Assembly: GCA_964596935.1 (NCBI GenBank)
Contig: CAZQWZ010000002.1
Span: 1-34,484, forward strand
Length of the DNA: 34,484 bases
Direction: 5' to 3'
Source: an uncultured Roseivirgaceae bacterium
GTDB lineage: Bacteria > Bacteroidota > Bacteroidia > Cytophagales > Cyclobacteriaceae
How positions within the stretch are numbered: the first letter of the stretch is position 1; each line of letters opens with the position of its first letter. The notes under the pieces are model-generated. The model saw only the letters and a program-made list of their open reading frames with translations, made no database searches and had not been told where the DNA came from. Positions 16,031 through 24,961 of the stretch are shown here, in pieces. Both the position numbers and the translations under genes were made by a program.

Positions 16031-16951
16031 TTACTCCTCTTCTGTAAGCCCACAAAGATATGCTTTTTTTCGAGAAACAGATTTGAAAACAAATGGATAA
16101 ATCAGCACAAAGTAGATGCTTAAAACGATGGGTGAAAGTATAAAAATTGCAATCAATAAGTAGTACTTAAACACATTTAGCCAAAAGCGTTCTTTTGCAG
16201 GTGTATAGCCTTTTTTTCGTACTAGTTTTGCCCAAATTTTAAATACCATTTTGGCACGTAGTTCCATAAACATCACAGAAGCTGCTAAGTGAATATGCCC
16301 TAGGTTATGGATGTCTTTTTGAAGCGTATTTAAGGACTCGTTTTCAAGTGCTTTTAAGGTTAATTCTCCGGGCAGGTTTGCTTTCTCAATATCATCAGGA
16401 TGAACCCCTGGAATTGGAAAAACTCCCCACATTTTTTCTTTTTTGCCCGTTAGCATCCAGTATAAAATAGTGACTACACTTGTCAAATTATTGTGGCGGT
16501 CAATAAATGGAATATTAGCGACAAATCTTCCCCCTGCATTTGTAATGTGTTGCTTCACACTTTCGTGCGCACTCAACCACATATTACGTGCACCAATAAT
16601 GGTAACAACAGGCGTATTTTTTATTACAGTTTTAAACTTGAGATGTTGTAGAATAGCCATTGAAGGTAGTGAAACAGATAAAAACCATACTTGATAGCCA
16701 AACACGATGAGATCGTATTTTTTGCGTTTAAAACTGAAATCGTTTAAGATTAAACCTTCTTCTAAAACGCAACCTGGCATGGCACCCCAAAATGCATCGC
16801 CTGTCCACGGAAATGGAAATGGTTCTTTGGGCGAAACCTCTACATGCTCAACCTCAAATTTGCCAGAGTTTTCAAAAGGTAATTTAAATCTATTTAAAAT
16901 ATGGTTTAACTGCCCTGATTGGGTATAGTTTATAACTAGAATGTGTTTCAT
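16031..16951 (-). CDS. darA: DarA, dialkylresorcinol condensing/aromatising enzyme (flavodoxin-like N-terminus plus C-terminal TM)
   Basis: 306 aa. The N-terminal MKHILVINYTQSGQLNHIL matches the DarA family as I remember it. A C-terminal hydrophobic segment is LLIAIFILSPIVLSIYFVLIYPFVF. It abuts darB. Confidence 0.8.
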   Translation of the reverse strand: MKHILVINYTQSGQLNHILNRFKLPFENSGKFEVEHVEVSPKEPFPFPWTGDAFWGAMPGCVLEEGLILNDFSFKRKKYDLIVFGYQVWFLSVSLPSMAILQHLKFKTVIKNTPVVTIIGARNMWLSAHESVKQHITNAGGRFVANIPFIDRHNNLTSVVTILYWMLTGKKEKMWGVFPIPGVHPDDIEKANLPGELTLKALENESLNTLQKDIHNLGHIHLAASVMFMELRAKMVFKIWAKLVRKKGYTPAKERFWLNVFKYYLLIAIFILSPIVLSIYFVLIYPFVFKSVSRKKAYLCGLTEEE

Positions 16952-17419
16952 TTACTTAAAATCGAAAGGATTTAAATGAACTGAATTTGAGGCGTAATCT
17001 GAAATCACTTTTTGTAAATCAAGGGGTACGGAACTAAAATTTGACGTAATAAATGTAGCATCCTGTAATAAATTTTGATTATACTTTACAATTTTTGGTG
17101 CGTGTTCTTGAACAATCAAACGTAAAAAATGCCATTCCATATTATTGGGTTGTTTTTTGATTTCACCTTCTAATAATTCCCGACCTTCTTTAAATGTTTT
17201 TAATTTGGTGCGTGGTTCTTTTTGTAAGTTAGCTAATTTCATTTTTAAGGCACCTAAGTAAGCTTTTTGGCTGTCCTTTTTTTCTAATTGATTTACCAAT
17301 AATTCCATTTGTGAAACCGAATTACCTTTAAATACTGGATAGTATTCTTTACGTGAAATTGGGTTAGAGAACAACCCGTTAAAAAGTATAAAGCCGATTA
17401 AAAGTGCTGTATGATTCAC
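16952..17419 (-). CDS. hypothetical exported/anchored helical protein
   Basis: 155 aa. It must start at the GTG at 17419, because the next Met is at residue 38. That start is only 4 nt after the stop of the fusion gene and 0 nt before darA. The N-terminal hydrophobic segment is ALLIGFILFNGLFS. Confidence 0.55.
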   Translation of the reverse strand: MNHTALLIGFILFNGLFSNPISRKEYYPVFKGNSVSQMELLVNQLEKKDSQKAYLGALKMKLANLQKEPRTKLKTFKEGRELLEGEIKKQPNNMEWHFLRLIVQEHAPKIVKYNQNLLQDATFITSNFSSVPLDLQKVISDYASNSVHLNPFDFK

Positions 17420-17423
17420 TGTA

Positions 17424-20400
17424 TTATTTTTTTTTAAGAATCATTAATGTATTTGACGACTTAGTAGATTGATGATCGAATGATATGTTATAATAATTTT
17501 GGCTTGCCCAATTTTCAATAAACTGCTTTGTAAAGAAATGAAGATCACCTTGGGTTTTATTAAATCTAAGGTATTTAGTGGACCAATTTTCTGATTTTTT
17601 GGTCCAATTATGCCCTATTTCTAAATCAGATAATCCATCTCTTATAAGTAGTATGCCTCCAGGTTTTATTCCTTTATGGCAAGAATTAAGCACTTTCATC
17701 TGAATTGTTGGGTTAAGGTAGTGTAGTGTGTCTGCTATTATAATTACATCTGCTTCAACAGGTTTTACGTCTGCTATATCCGTGGTTTTAAATTCAATCC
17801 CATCTGTTTTTAAGTATGAGTTTTGAGCAATATCAATTTTATCTTCATCATAATCATATCCTAAAATTTCAAAGGATTCGTTTCTTAACTTTAAATAATA
17901 ACTTAAAAAACCATATCCACAACCTAAATCATAAATTCGCTTAGAGCCTGATCCTATTAAGTTATAATAATTTTCATAGTTGTTTTTCTCATACTTCCAC
18001 TTAACCCTAAAATACCACTCTAAAATAGGGCCTTTATATTTATAAGAATGGAGTAATGGATAAAACTGATAATCTGTAGCTCCGCAAATTTGGTCTACTT
18101 CTTTATAAGATTTTTTAAAATAAGTACTTATTGCTTTTGTACGTTCTTTATAGCCCGTTCCATAGGAGGTGTCGTTATACTTAATTCGGGGCAGTACATA
18201 AGTGCTCATTAAGCTATCTTTAAGGTTATAGTCATGCTTTGGCATAATATAGCCGTAGCCATGTAGTACAATTGGCGTTATGTCTAATTTAAGTAAATCA
18301 GCAAGATAGAATGCTCCTTTATGAAAACGCTTAATCTTTCCATCGGGGGATCTAGTGCCTTCAGGAAATACGATAATAGAATAACCATGATCTACCAGTT
18401 TTTTTACTTTGGCAATATTCTCATCGAGTGATTCAAAGGTGGGTACATAATCAGCATATTTTATGGCATTGCCAAATAATACTGAATCGTACACCCATTT
18501 ATTTACCAGCATTATAACATTGGGATGAAGTCTTGCCAATGCCAGTATATCAAAAAAGGAAGTGTGGTTAGCTATAATTATGCTTGGATTATTAAAATCG
18601 AGGTGATGCATATTATAATACCTTTTGGTTGTACTAAAGAGGATATCTAACATAGTGCCTGTAATCCATTTTAGCATATGGTGGAGCCTGTCTTTTTTCC
18701 AACTTCTATTTTTAAATGGAATAAAACGGATTAAAAAACCGAGGAATACACCTAGTAAGCTGCCAGATATAAAAATTGAATAGCCAATAATACTCATTAC
18801 AATTCCACGAATTGTAACAGGGGGCTTGCCCATATTTGTTCTACGGGTTGTAAAAAAATGAAATAGGAGAGGTTGAACAAAAAAGGAGATGAAGACAATG
18901 GTTAAAATGCCTGTAACACTTATGGCAGCGATCGATTTTATGGCTGGGTGTTTGGCAAAAAACAATACGCCTGTCCCAATTATGGTGGAAATAGAGGATA
19001 GTATAATACCCGATTTGTAATGATTTAATACACCCCTCCCATATTTAAATTTAGATTGGAGGCCATCGGTTATAAATATGGCAAAATCATCGCCTAAGCC
19101 AAATATAAACGTGATGATAATAATATTGATAAAGTTGAATTTTAAACCAAATAAAACCGATATGCCTAGAATCCATATCCAACTTATTGCAATGGGAATA
19201 AACGTAATCAGTGTAAGCTCTAAGCTGCCATATATAAGGAGCATGGCTACAAAAACTAGTATGCTTGCAAATACCAAGAGGTAGTTAAAATCGGCTTTTA
19301 CAGCTTCGGTTAATAAGGACATTACGCTGCTGCCATCAACTAAGGTATAATTACTATTGTGGCCAAATTGTGCTCTAATTTGAGGATAGTCTTTCTTCTG
19401 TATAACAATGCTCGTAATTAAGGATTTACTTTCTTTGGGCGAGGTATTATTTGAGTGGAGAATTAGTTGGCTCAAGGAAGTGCTTTTCTTAATAAATTGA
19501 AACGGATCTTCGGGTGTTTTTCTGCTGTTTATCCATGTACTAAATGTGCCAAAGGTGCCATTTTTAAACCCTAGAGAGTCGCCCGTTTGGCTTACTAATT
19601 TTGATGTGGCTTTCCCATGTAACTGCCAAAAACTAGTCCATTGATCAATTTTTTCTTTTTGCTTTTCTTTAGATAGTACAAATAGCCCAAGCGAACTAAC
19701 TTGCGTAAGTTTAATGCTATCATCTAGCTCATTAAGTGCTTGGTAAAGCTGTTGGTTTTTATCTGCAAGGTCAGTATCGGAGTTGCCTTCTACTAAAAAA
19801 TGTATTCGTTTTTCAGTATCGGGGTTAATGTTTTGGTGTTTTTTTTCTGCTTCTTTTAATGCTTCTGGGTAATAATTAATCTTGTTAAGGTCGCTTTCAA
19901 ACTCAATTTTGGAGGCGAAAAAAAAGAACATAATTGTAATTAAAACAATGAAAGTAGCGAACAGTTTAGCGTGCTTGCCTGGAGCTAAGTTTACTTTATC
20001 AAACAGTGCATCTAATTTATTAGAGGTAGTAAATGATAATTTATTTTCTACAGGCTTAAGTAAATAGGGTAAGATAAGTAGGACAAAAATTAAGGAGCCT
20101 GTGAGGCTTAATGCCGTAAACAAACCAAAATCATGAAGTACCCTTGAATTGGCAAACGTGAGAGATAAAAAAGCAACGATGGTAGTAGTGCCACTTAAAA
20201 TTAAAGGAAGAAAAATTGTTTTGCGAGTTTTATAAACATCCTTAGTTTGCTTAAATTGTGCAAAAAAGTGAAATGAGTAATCGATAACTATGCCTAAAAC
20301 TACAGCTCCAGCCCCAAGTGCAATGGCAGATATACTTCCTTGCCAAATGTAAATTCCGGTTATAGCAAATAGTACACCAAAGGCACCTGGAAGTAGAAAA

Positions 20401-21239
20401 AAAGCAATAGTAAAAAAGTTTCTAAAATAGTAAAAGAGGAGTGCTATAATGCTAATAATAGCAATGGTAAGCGTTAATTTAATATCTTTTTCAATTTGGG
20501 TTGCATTGGCATTTGCTATTAAAAAAGTGCCAAAATAATCTACCTCGTATTGTTTGTTTAATGAGTTCCACTCAGTTCGAAAATTGTTAAGGTTTTTGGC
20601 TAATAAACTATTTTGGGCACTTTCAGATGGGTTGTATACTAATTCTCCATAGATAAATATACTACGCTTATCGCTTGAAATAAATAGCCCTTCATTAGCT
20701 ATATAGTTAGCAGTTAGAGCATCGGTTTTAAGCTTGGCGTAGCCAAATTTGGTAAAATGCAAGGGGTCTTTTATCGTCCAATCTTTTAAGGCTAAGCCTT
20801 CTGGAGAATACAATGATTGCTTGTTTGCAATCATTGTATTTTTAATGTTACTAGGTGTAAGGCTAAGTTCAATTTGGCCGTAATCAGCACTATCTAAAAA
20901 TAAGTATAAGTGGCTGTAAAAATAATCGCTAACGGCAACTGGATCTAAGTCACTTTTATATTGAAGATTATTAATTTGAGAGCCAACTTTTGATTCTAAT
21001 GTAATAACCAACTCTTTCGCAATTTTTTCAATGCTATAAGGCGTATCGGTTGATGGTTCAATGGCAAGAGAAAAGACTACTGATTTTTTTCCTTTGTTTA
21101 ATAAAGGTTTAATCTTATCAAGAGCCTTAGCATTGGGTAGGGCAGTGTCAAGGTCTTCAGAAATCTGTAAATTGGTAAAACTCCACCAGCCAATAAAAAA
21201 GGTAAGGACAAGAAGTGAGTAAATAAAAAATTTTGACAT
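17424..21239 (-). CDS. trifunctional MMPL-family (RND-superfamily) transporter / PlsC-type lysophospholipid acyltransferase / class I SAM-methyltransferase fusion
   Basis: A single uninterrupted 1271-aa ORF. Residues about 1-790 (nt 21239..~18860) form two blocks of multiple TM helices separated by large soluble loops, which is MMPL-like. Residues about 860-1045 carry the acyltransferase motifs ANHTSFFD (HX4D, nt ~18549..18569) and VFPEGTRS. Residues about 1080-1271 carry SAM motif I IYDLGCGYGFL (nt ~17913..17938) and a post-I acidic residue (ILGYDYD). Confidence 0.9.
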   Translation of the reverse strand: MSKFFIYSLLVLTFFIGWWSFTNLQISEDLDTALPNAKALDKIKPLLNKGKKSVVFSLAIEPSTDTPYSIEKIAKELVITLESKVGSQINNLQYKSDLDPVAVSDYFYSHLYLFLDSADYGQIELSLTPSNIKNTMIANKQSLYSPEGLALKDWTIKDPLHFTKFGYAKLKTDALTANYIANEGLFISSDKRSIFIYGELVYNPSESAQNSLLAKNLNNFRTEWNSLNKQYEVDYFGTFLIANANATQIEKDIKLTLTIAIISIIALLFYYFRNFFTIAFFLLPGAFGVLFAITGIYIWQGSISAIALGAGAVVLGIVIDYSFHFFAQFKQTKDVYKTRKTIFLPLILSGTTTIVAFLSLTFANSRVLHDFGLFTALSLTGSLIFVLLILPYLLKPVENKLSFTTSNKLDALFDKVNLAPGKHAKLFATFIVLITIMFFFFASKIEFESDLNKINYYPEALKEAEKKHQNINPDTEKRIHFLVEGNSDTDLADKNQQLYQALNELDDSIKLTQVSSLGLFVLSKEKQKEKIDQWTSFWQLHGKATSKLVSQTGDSLGFKNGTFGTFSTWINSRKTPEDPFQFIKKSTSLSQLILHSNNTSPKESKSLITSIVIQKKDYPQIRAQFGHNSNYTLVDGSSVMSLLTEAVKADFNYLLVFASILVFVAMLLIYGSLELTLITFIPIAISWIWILGISVLFGLKFNFINIIIITFIFGLGDDFAIFITDGLQSKFKYGRGVLNHYKSGIILSSISTIIGTGVLFFAKHPAIKSIAAISVTGILTIVFISFFVQPLLFHFFTTRRTNMGKPPVTIRGIVMSIIGYSIFISGSLLGVFLGFLIRFIPFKNRSWKKDRLHHMLKWITGTMLDILFSTTKRYYNMHHLDFNNPSIIIANHTSFFDILALARLHPNVIMLVNKWVYDSVLFGNAIKYADYVPTFESLDENIAKVKKLVDHGYSIIVFPEGTRSPDGKIKRFHKGAFYLADLLKLDITPIVLHGYGYIMPKHDYNLKDSLMSTYVLPRIKYNDTSYGTGYKERTKAISTYFKKSYKEVDQICGATDYQFYPLLHSYKYKGPILEWYFRVKWKYEKNNYENYYNLIGSGSKRIYDLGCGYGFLSYYLKLRNESFEILGYDYDEDKIDIAQNSYLKTDGIEFKTTDIADVKPVEADVIIIADTLHYLNPTIQMKVLNSCHKGIKPGGILLIRDGLSDLEIGHNWTKKSENWSTKYLRFNKTQGDLHFFTKQFIENWASQNYYNISFDHQSTKSSNTLMILKKK

Positions 21240-21406
21240 TCAATAAATTTAGCATTCTGCCAATCTACCCACTTAATTGGAGTCTATTGTATCGCAAAAA
21301 TAATATATTAGCGGTTTAAAGCTAATTTTAATTATTATATGATTATTTTTTACTATTTTGTCTATTTATTTGCACTTTGCTATTGATTTATTTTAACCCT
21401 ATTTAG
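21240..21406. promoter_or_regulatory. divergent promoter/control region of the two main biosynthetic operons
   Basis: A 167-nt AT-rich spacer between the divergent ATG at 21239 (-) and TTG at 21407 (+). It contains an exact - strand TAnnTTTG box (TATTTTTG = + strand caaaaata, 21295..21302, 56 nt from the ATG). It also has a one-mismatch + strand box TTTATTTG (21365..21372, 35 nt from the start). Confidence 0.4.
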
Positions 21407-22939
21407 TTGGAGAGTATTACGTTAGGTACATTAGAAAAGTTGCTATTTTTTGACGCAGATTATGAACTGTCTGAGCAACAAAAGCGTAGAGTATTAGAAT
21501 CATTTGAATTTCTTAAATCCTTTGCAAAGGACAAAGTTATTTATGGAATTAACACAGGTTTTGGGCCAATGGCTCAATACGTTATTTCGGATGATGAGCT
21601 TAATCAACTACAATATAATTTAATTAGGAGCCATGCCAACGGTATTGGCGAAGCATTGCCGCCCTCGTATGTAAAGGCTGTAATGATATCGCGTTTGCAC
21701 ACGCTTTCACTTGGTTATTCTGGGGTTAGCCCCGCATTAATCAACACTTTAGCCTTGTTTATAAAAGAAGGAGTGTATCCTTTAATACCCATACACGGTG
21801 GGGTTGGAGCAAGTGGCGATTTAGTACAACTGGCTCACCTTGCCTATGCGTTAATAGGAGAAGGTAATGTGTTTTACAAAAACGAACTGCTTAAAACAAA
21901 AGAAGTAATAGAGAAATTATCGATTAAACCAGTTGAATTAAAACTTAGAGATGGCCTTGCATTAATAAACGGAACCTCATGTATGAGTGGTATTGCGGCT
22001 ATCAATCTTATTTATTCTAAACGATTAATTGATTGGGGCATTATTGCCTCTTCTGTAATGAACGAGCTTACTGCCTCTTACGATGATTCATTTTCGGCAG
22101 AATTAAATGAGTCTAAAAAACACAAAGGCCAACAATTAGTGGCAACTATAATGCGCGCCCACCTGGTAGATGGCAAAGTGCTGAAAAAACGAAACGAACA
22201 CCTGTTTAACGGAGATCATATTAAAGGCAAAGAATATTTTTCTGAAAAGGTTCAGGAGTATTATTCCTTGCGATGTGTGCCTCAAGTGTTAGGGCCGGTG
22301 CTTGATGCATGGGAAAATGCAAAAGAGGTGATTGAAAATGAATATAACTCTGCCAATGATAACCCCATAATTTGTGCTAAAAGCCAAAATGTGTACCACG
22401 GAGGTAATTTTCATGGCGATTATGTTGCCTACGAAATGGATAAGCTTAAAATTGGGATTACCAAGCTTAGTATTTTAATGGAGCGCCAACTTAATTATTT
22501 AATGAATGCAAAATTGAATGATAAGTTTCCTCCATTTTTGAATAGAGGAAGGTTGGGCTTAAATTTTGGTCTGCAAGGCATGCAATTTTCAGCCGTTTCT
22601 ACCACGGCAGAAAATCAAACGTTAAGTAACCCAATGTCGGTACACAGTATTTCGAATAATGGGGATAACCAGGATATTGTAAGTATGGGTACAAATGCAG
22701 CGTTATTAACGAAAAAAGTAATTGATAATGCCTTTGATGTGCTTACAGTGCACTTAATTGCCATCGCTCAAGCAATGGATATTAGTGATAATTTCGATAA
22801 ATTTTCAACATCAGCAAAATCTCTTTATGATTTTGTTAGGGCCGAAGTACCTGAGTTAATTGAAGATGTTTCCTTAAATCAACAAATGGAATCGCTGAAA
22901 AAAGAGGTAATGTTAAAATTTATTAATAATAACCAATAG
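21407..22939 (+). CDS. aromatic amino acid ammonia-lyase, tyrosine ammonia-lyase type (flexirubin starter enzyme)
   Basis: 510 aa with the MIO-forming Ala-Ser-Gly triad in GGVGASGDLVQLAHLA. Long stretches (KVIYGINTGFGPMAQY, LQYNLIRSH, KVQEYYSLRCVPQVLGPVL, SANDNPI, VYHGGNFHGDY, ERQLNYL, DNQDIVSMGTN) closely match the Flavobacterium johnsoniae TAL (FjTAL) sequence as I recall it. The start must be non-ATG, because a TAG lies immediately upstream of the TTG at 21407. Confidence 0.9.
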   Translation: MESITLGTLEKLLFFDADYELSEQQKRRVLESFEFLKSFAKDKVIYGINTGFGPMAQYVISDDELNQLQYNLIRSHANGIGEALPPSYVKAVMISRLHTLSLGYSGVSPALINTLALFIKEGVYPLIPIHGGVGASGDLVQLAHLAYALIGEGNVFYKNELLKTKEVIEKLSIKPVELKLRDGLALINGTSCMSGIAAINLIYSKRLIDWGIIASSVMNELTASYDDSFSAELNESKKHKGQQLVATIMRAHLVDGKVLKKRNEHLFNGDHIKGKEYFSEKVQEYYSLRCVPQVLGPVLDAWENAKEVIENEYNSANDNPIICAKSQNVYHGGNFHGDYVAYEMDKLKIGITKLSILMERQLNYLMNAKLNDKFPPFLNRGRLGLNFGLQGMQFSAVSTTAENQTLSNPMSVHSISNNGDNQDIVSMGTNAALLTKKVIDNAFDVLTVHLIAIAQAMDISDNFDKFSTSAKSLYDFVRAEVPELIEDVSLNQQMESLKKEVMLKFINNNQ

Positions 22940-22974
22940 TTTTACTTAAAAGAGTAGAAATCGAAACAAAATAT

Positions 22975-23709
22975 ATGAGAAAGTGTTGTTTAGTTACGGG
23001 TGCCTCAAGAGGCTTAGGTAGAGCAATAGCCATTACGCTTGCCAAAGATTTAGGCTTGCATATACTTATTAATTTTGCCGGTAATACAAAGGCTGCAAAT
23101 GAAACTAAGGCACTAATTGAGGCAGATGGAGGCTCCGCTGAATTGCTGCAATTTAGAGTAGAAGATAGCCCCAAGGTAGAAGCAAATATAACTGAATGGT
23201 TTGCGAATAATAAAGACTCACGCATTGATGTGTTGGTAAATAATGCCGGAATTACCAAAGACAATTTGATGGTGTTTATGGAGGAGTCTCAATTTGACGA
23301 TGTGGTAAACGTATCCTTAAAAGGGATGTTTAATGTTACCAAAAACGTATTAACTCAAATGGTTAGAAATAGGTACGGCCGAATTATAAATATTGCTTCT
23401 TTATCTGGATTAAAAGGGGTGCCTGGCCAAGTAAATTACTCTGCTGCCAAAGGCGGAATGATTGCTGCTACCCGTTCATTAGCGCAAGAAATTGCCAAAA
23501 GAAACATAACAGTGAATGCTGTGGCTCCAGGGTTTATTGCGAGCGATATGACGGAGGACTTGGATGTTGATATGCTTAAAAAATTAGTGCCAATGAAACG
23601 CTTTGGCCAACCCAAAGAGGTGGCCGACTTGGTGTCTTTTATAGCCTCTGATAAGGCAGCCTACATTACAGGCGAGATAATTAATATTAACGGAGGAATA
23701 CATAGTTAA
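22975..23709 (+). CDS. fabG: 3-oxoacyl-ACP reductase (SDR, FabG-like)
   Basis: 244 aa with TGASRGLGRAIA (TGxxxGxG), NNAG, and a catalytic Ser...YSAAK (YxxxK). Confidence 0.9.
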   Translation: MRKCCLVTGASRGLGRAIAITLAKDLGLHILINFAGNTKAANETKALIEADGGSAELLQFRVEDSPKVEANITEWFANNKDSRIDVLVNNAGITKDNLMVFMEESQFDDVVNVSLKGMFNVTKNVLTQMVRNRYGRIINIASLSGLKGVPGQVNYSAAKGGMIAATRSLAQEIAKRNITVNAVAPGFIASDMTEDLDVDMLKKLVPMKRFGQPKEVADLVSFIASDKAAYITGEIININGGIHS

Positions 23710-23731
23710 ATAATTTTTCGGCTGCAAAAAT

Positions 23732-24961
23732 ATGACCAATAACCAGATGAAAAGAGTAGTTGTAACAGGCATAGGAGTTTATTCTTGTTTAGGTGAGAAT
23801 GTAGAGCAAGTGAAGGACTCTTTATTTGCAGGTAAAAGTGGTATTGGCATTGACCCTGATCGCAAAGAGTTTGGTTTTAGGTCTTCGTTAACAGGCATAC
23901 TTAAAGAGCCCGATTTAAAAGGGGCACTTAAAAGGCGAGAGCGAATTGGCTTATCGGAAGAAGCCAAATATGCCTATGTGTCAACCAAAGAAGCCCTTGA
24001 TATGGCTGGGGTAGATTTAGATTATTTAGATAAAAATATTGTTGGAATTTTATTTGGCAACGATTCTTCGGCAAGAGCAGTGATTGAAGCGGTAGATATT
24101 ATTAGAGCGAAAAAGGATACGACACTCGTGGGCTCAGGTTCTATTTTTCAATCGATGAATAGCACGGTTACCATGAACCTTGCAACTATTTTTAAACTGA
24201 AAGGAGTAAATTTTACCATTAGTGCCGCCTGTGCATCTGGTTCACATTCCATTGGTATTGGATACCACTTAATAAAGTCGGGCCTCGAAGAAATGATTAT
24301 TTGTGGGGGAGCACAAGAAGTAAATAAATACGCCTTTGGTAGCTTTGATGGACTAGGCGTTTTTTCTGTAAACGAAGATCCAACAAAAGCCTCAAGGCCA
24401 TTTGATAAAGATAGAGATGGCTTAGTAACAAGTGGTGGTGGAGCCACTTTAATTGTAGAATCTTTAGAGTCTGCCCTACGGAGAGGGGCAAATATTATTG
24501 CCGAAATTGTGGGCTATGGATTTTCTTCCAATGGAGGGCATATATCCAATGCAAGCACCGATGGCCAAGTACGTGCAATTAATATGGCTTTAAACATGGC
24601 CGAAATGGATGCCAGTGAAGTGGATTATATAAATGCACATGCTACATCTACCCCTGGAGGTGATTTGGAAGAGGCTAAAGCTATTGAACAAGTATTTGGA
24701 AATAAGACGCCAGTAAGCTCAACAAAATCAATGACTGGGCACGAATGTTGGATGGCTGGCTCTAGTGAAATTGTTTATAGCCTCCTAATGATGAAAAATG
24801 GATTTATTGCTCCCAACATCAACTTTGAAAATCCTGACGATTATTCAAAAAATATTAATATCATTGCAAAAACATTGAAAGCAGAACTGAATTGTATTGC
24901 CTCTAACTCGTTTGGATTTGGAGGTACAAATTCAACGTTAATTTTAAAGAAGTATGAATAA
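23732..24961 (+). CDS. beta-ketoacyl-ACP synthase, FabB-like (KAS I-like)
   Basis: 409 aa with the catalytic Cys in ISAACASGSHSIG and His in INAHATSTPGGD and TGHECWMAGS. The C-terminal YSLLMMKNGFIAPNINFE resembles the E. coli FabB ...YSLLMLEHGFIAPSINIE. An alternative ATG at 23750 would give MKRVVVTGIG. Confidence 0.9.
   Translation: MTNNQMKRVVVTGIGVYSCLGENVEQVKDSLFAGKSGIGIDPDRKEFGFRSSLTGILKEPDLKGALKRRERIGLSEEAKYAYVSTKEALDMAGVDLDYLDKNIVGILFGNDSSARAVIEAVDIIRAKKDTTLVGSGSIFQSMNSTVTMNLATIFKLKGVNFTISAACASGSHSIGIGYHLIKSGLEEMIICGGAQEVNKYAFGSFDGLGVFSVNEDPTKASRPFDKDRDGLVTSGGGATLIVESLESALRRGANIIAEIVGYGFSSNGGHISNASTDGQVRAINMALNMAEMDASEVDYINAHATSTPGGDLEEAKAIEQVFGNKTPVSSTKSMTGHECWMAGSSEIVYSLLMMKNGFIAPNINFENPDDYSKNINIIAKTLKAELNCIASNSFGFGGTNSTLILKKYE

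Noticed and set aside
21407-22939. Reading the ammonia-lyase as histidine ammonia-lyase (hutH) because of the Ser-His switch residues
   Set aside because: No hutU, hutI or hutG neighbours are present. It heads an operon of polyketide-type enzymes, and it closely resembles the Tyr-specific Flavobacterium TAL as I recall that sequence. Substrate specificity still needs an assay.
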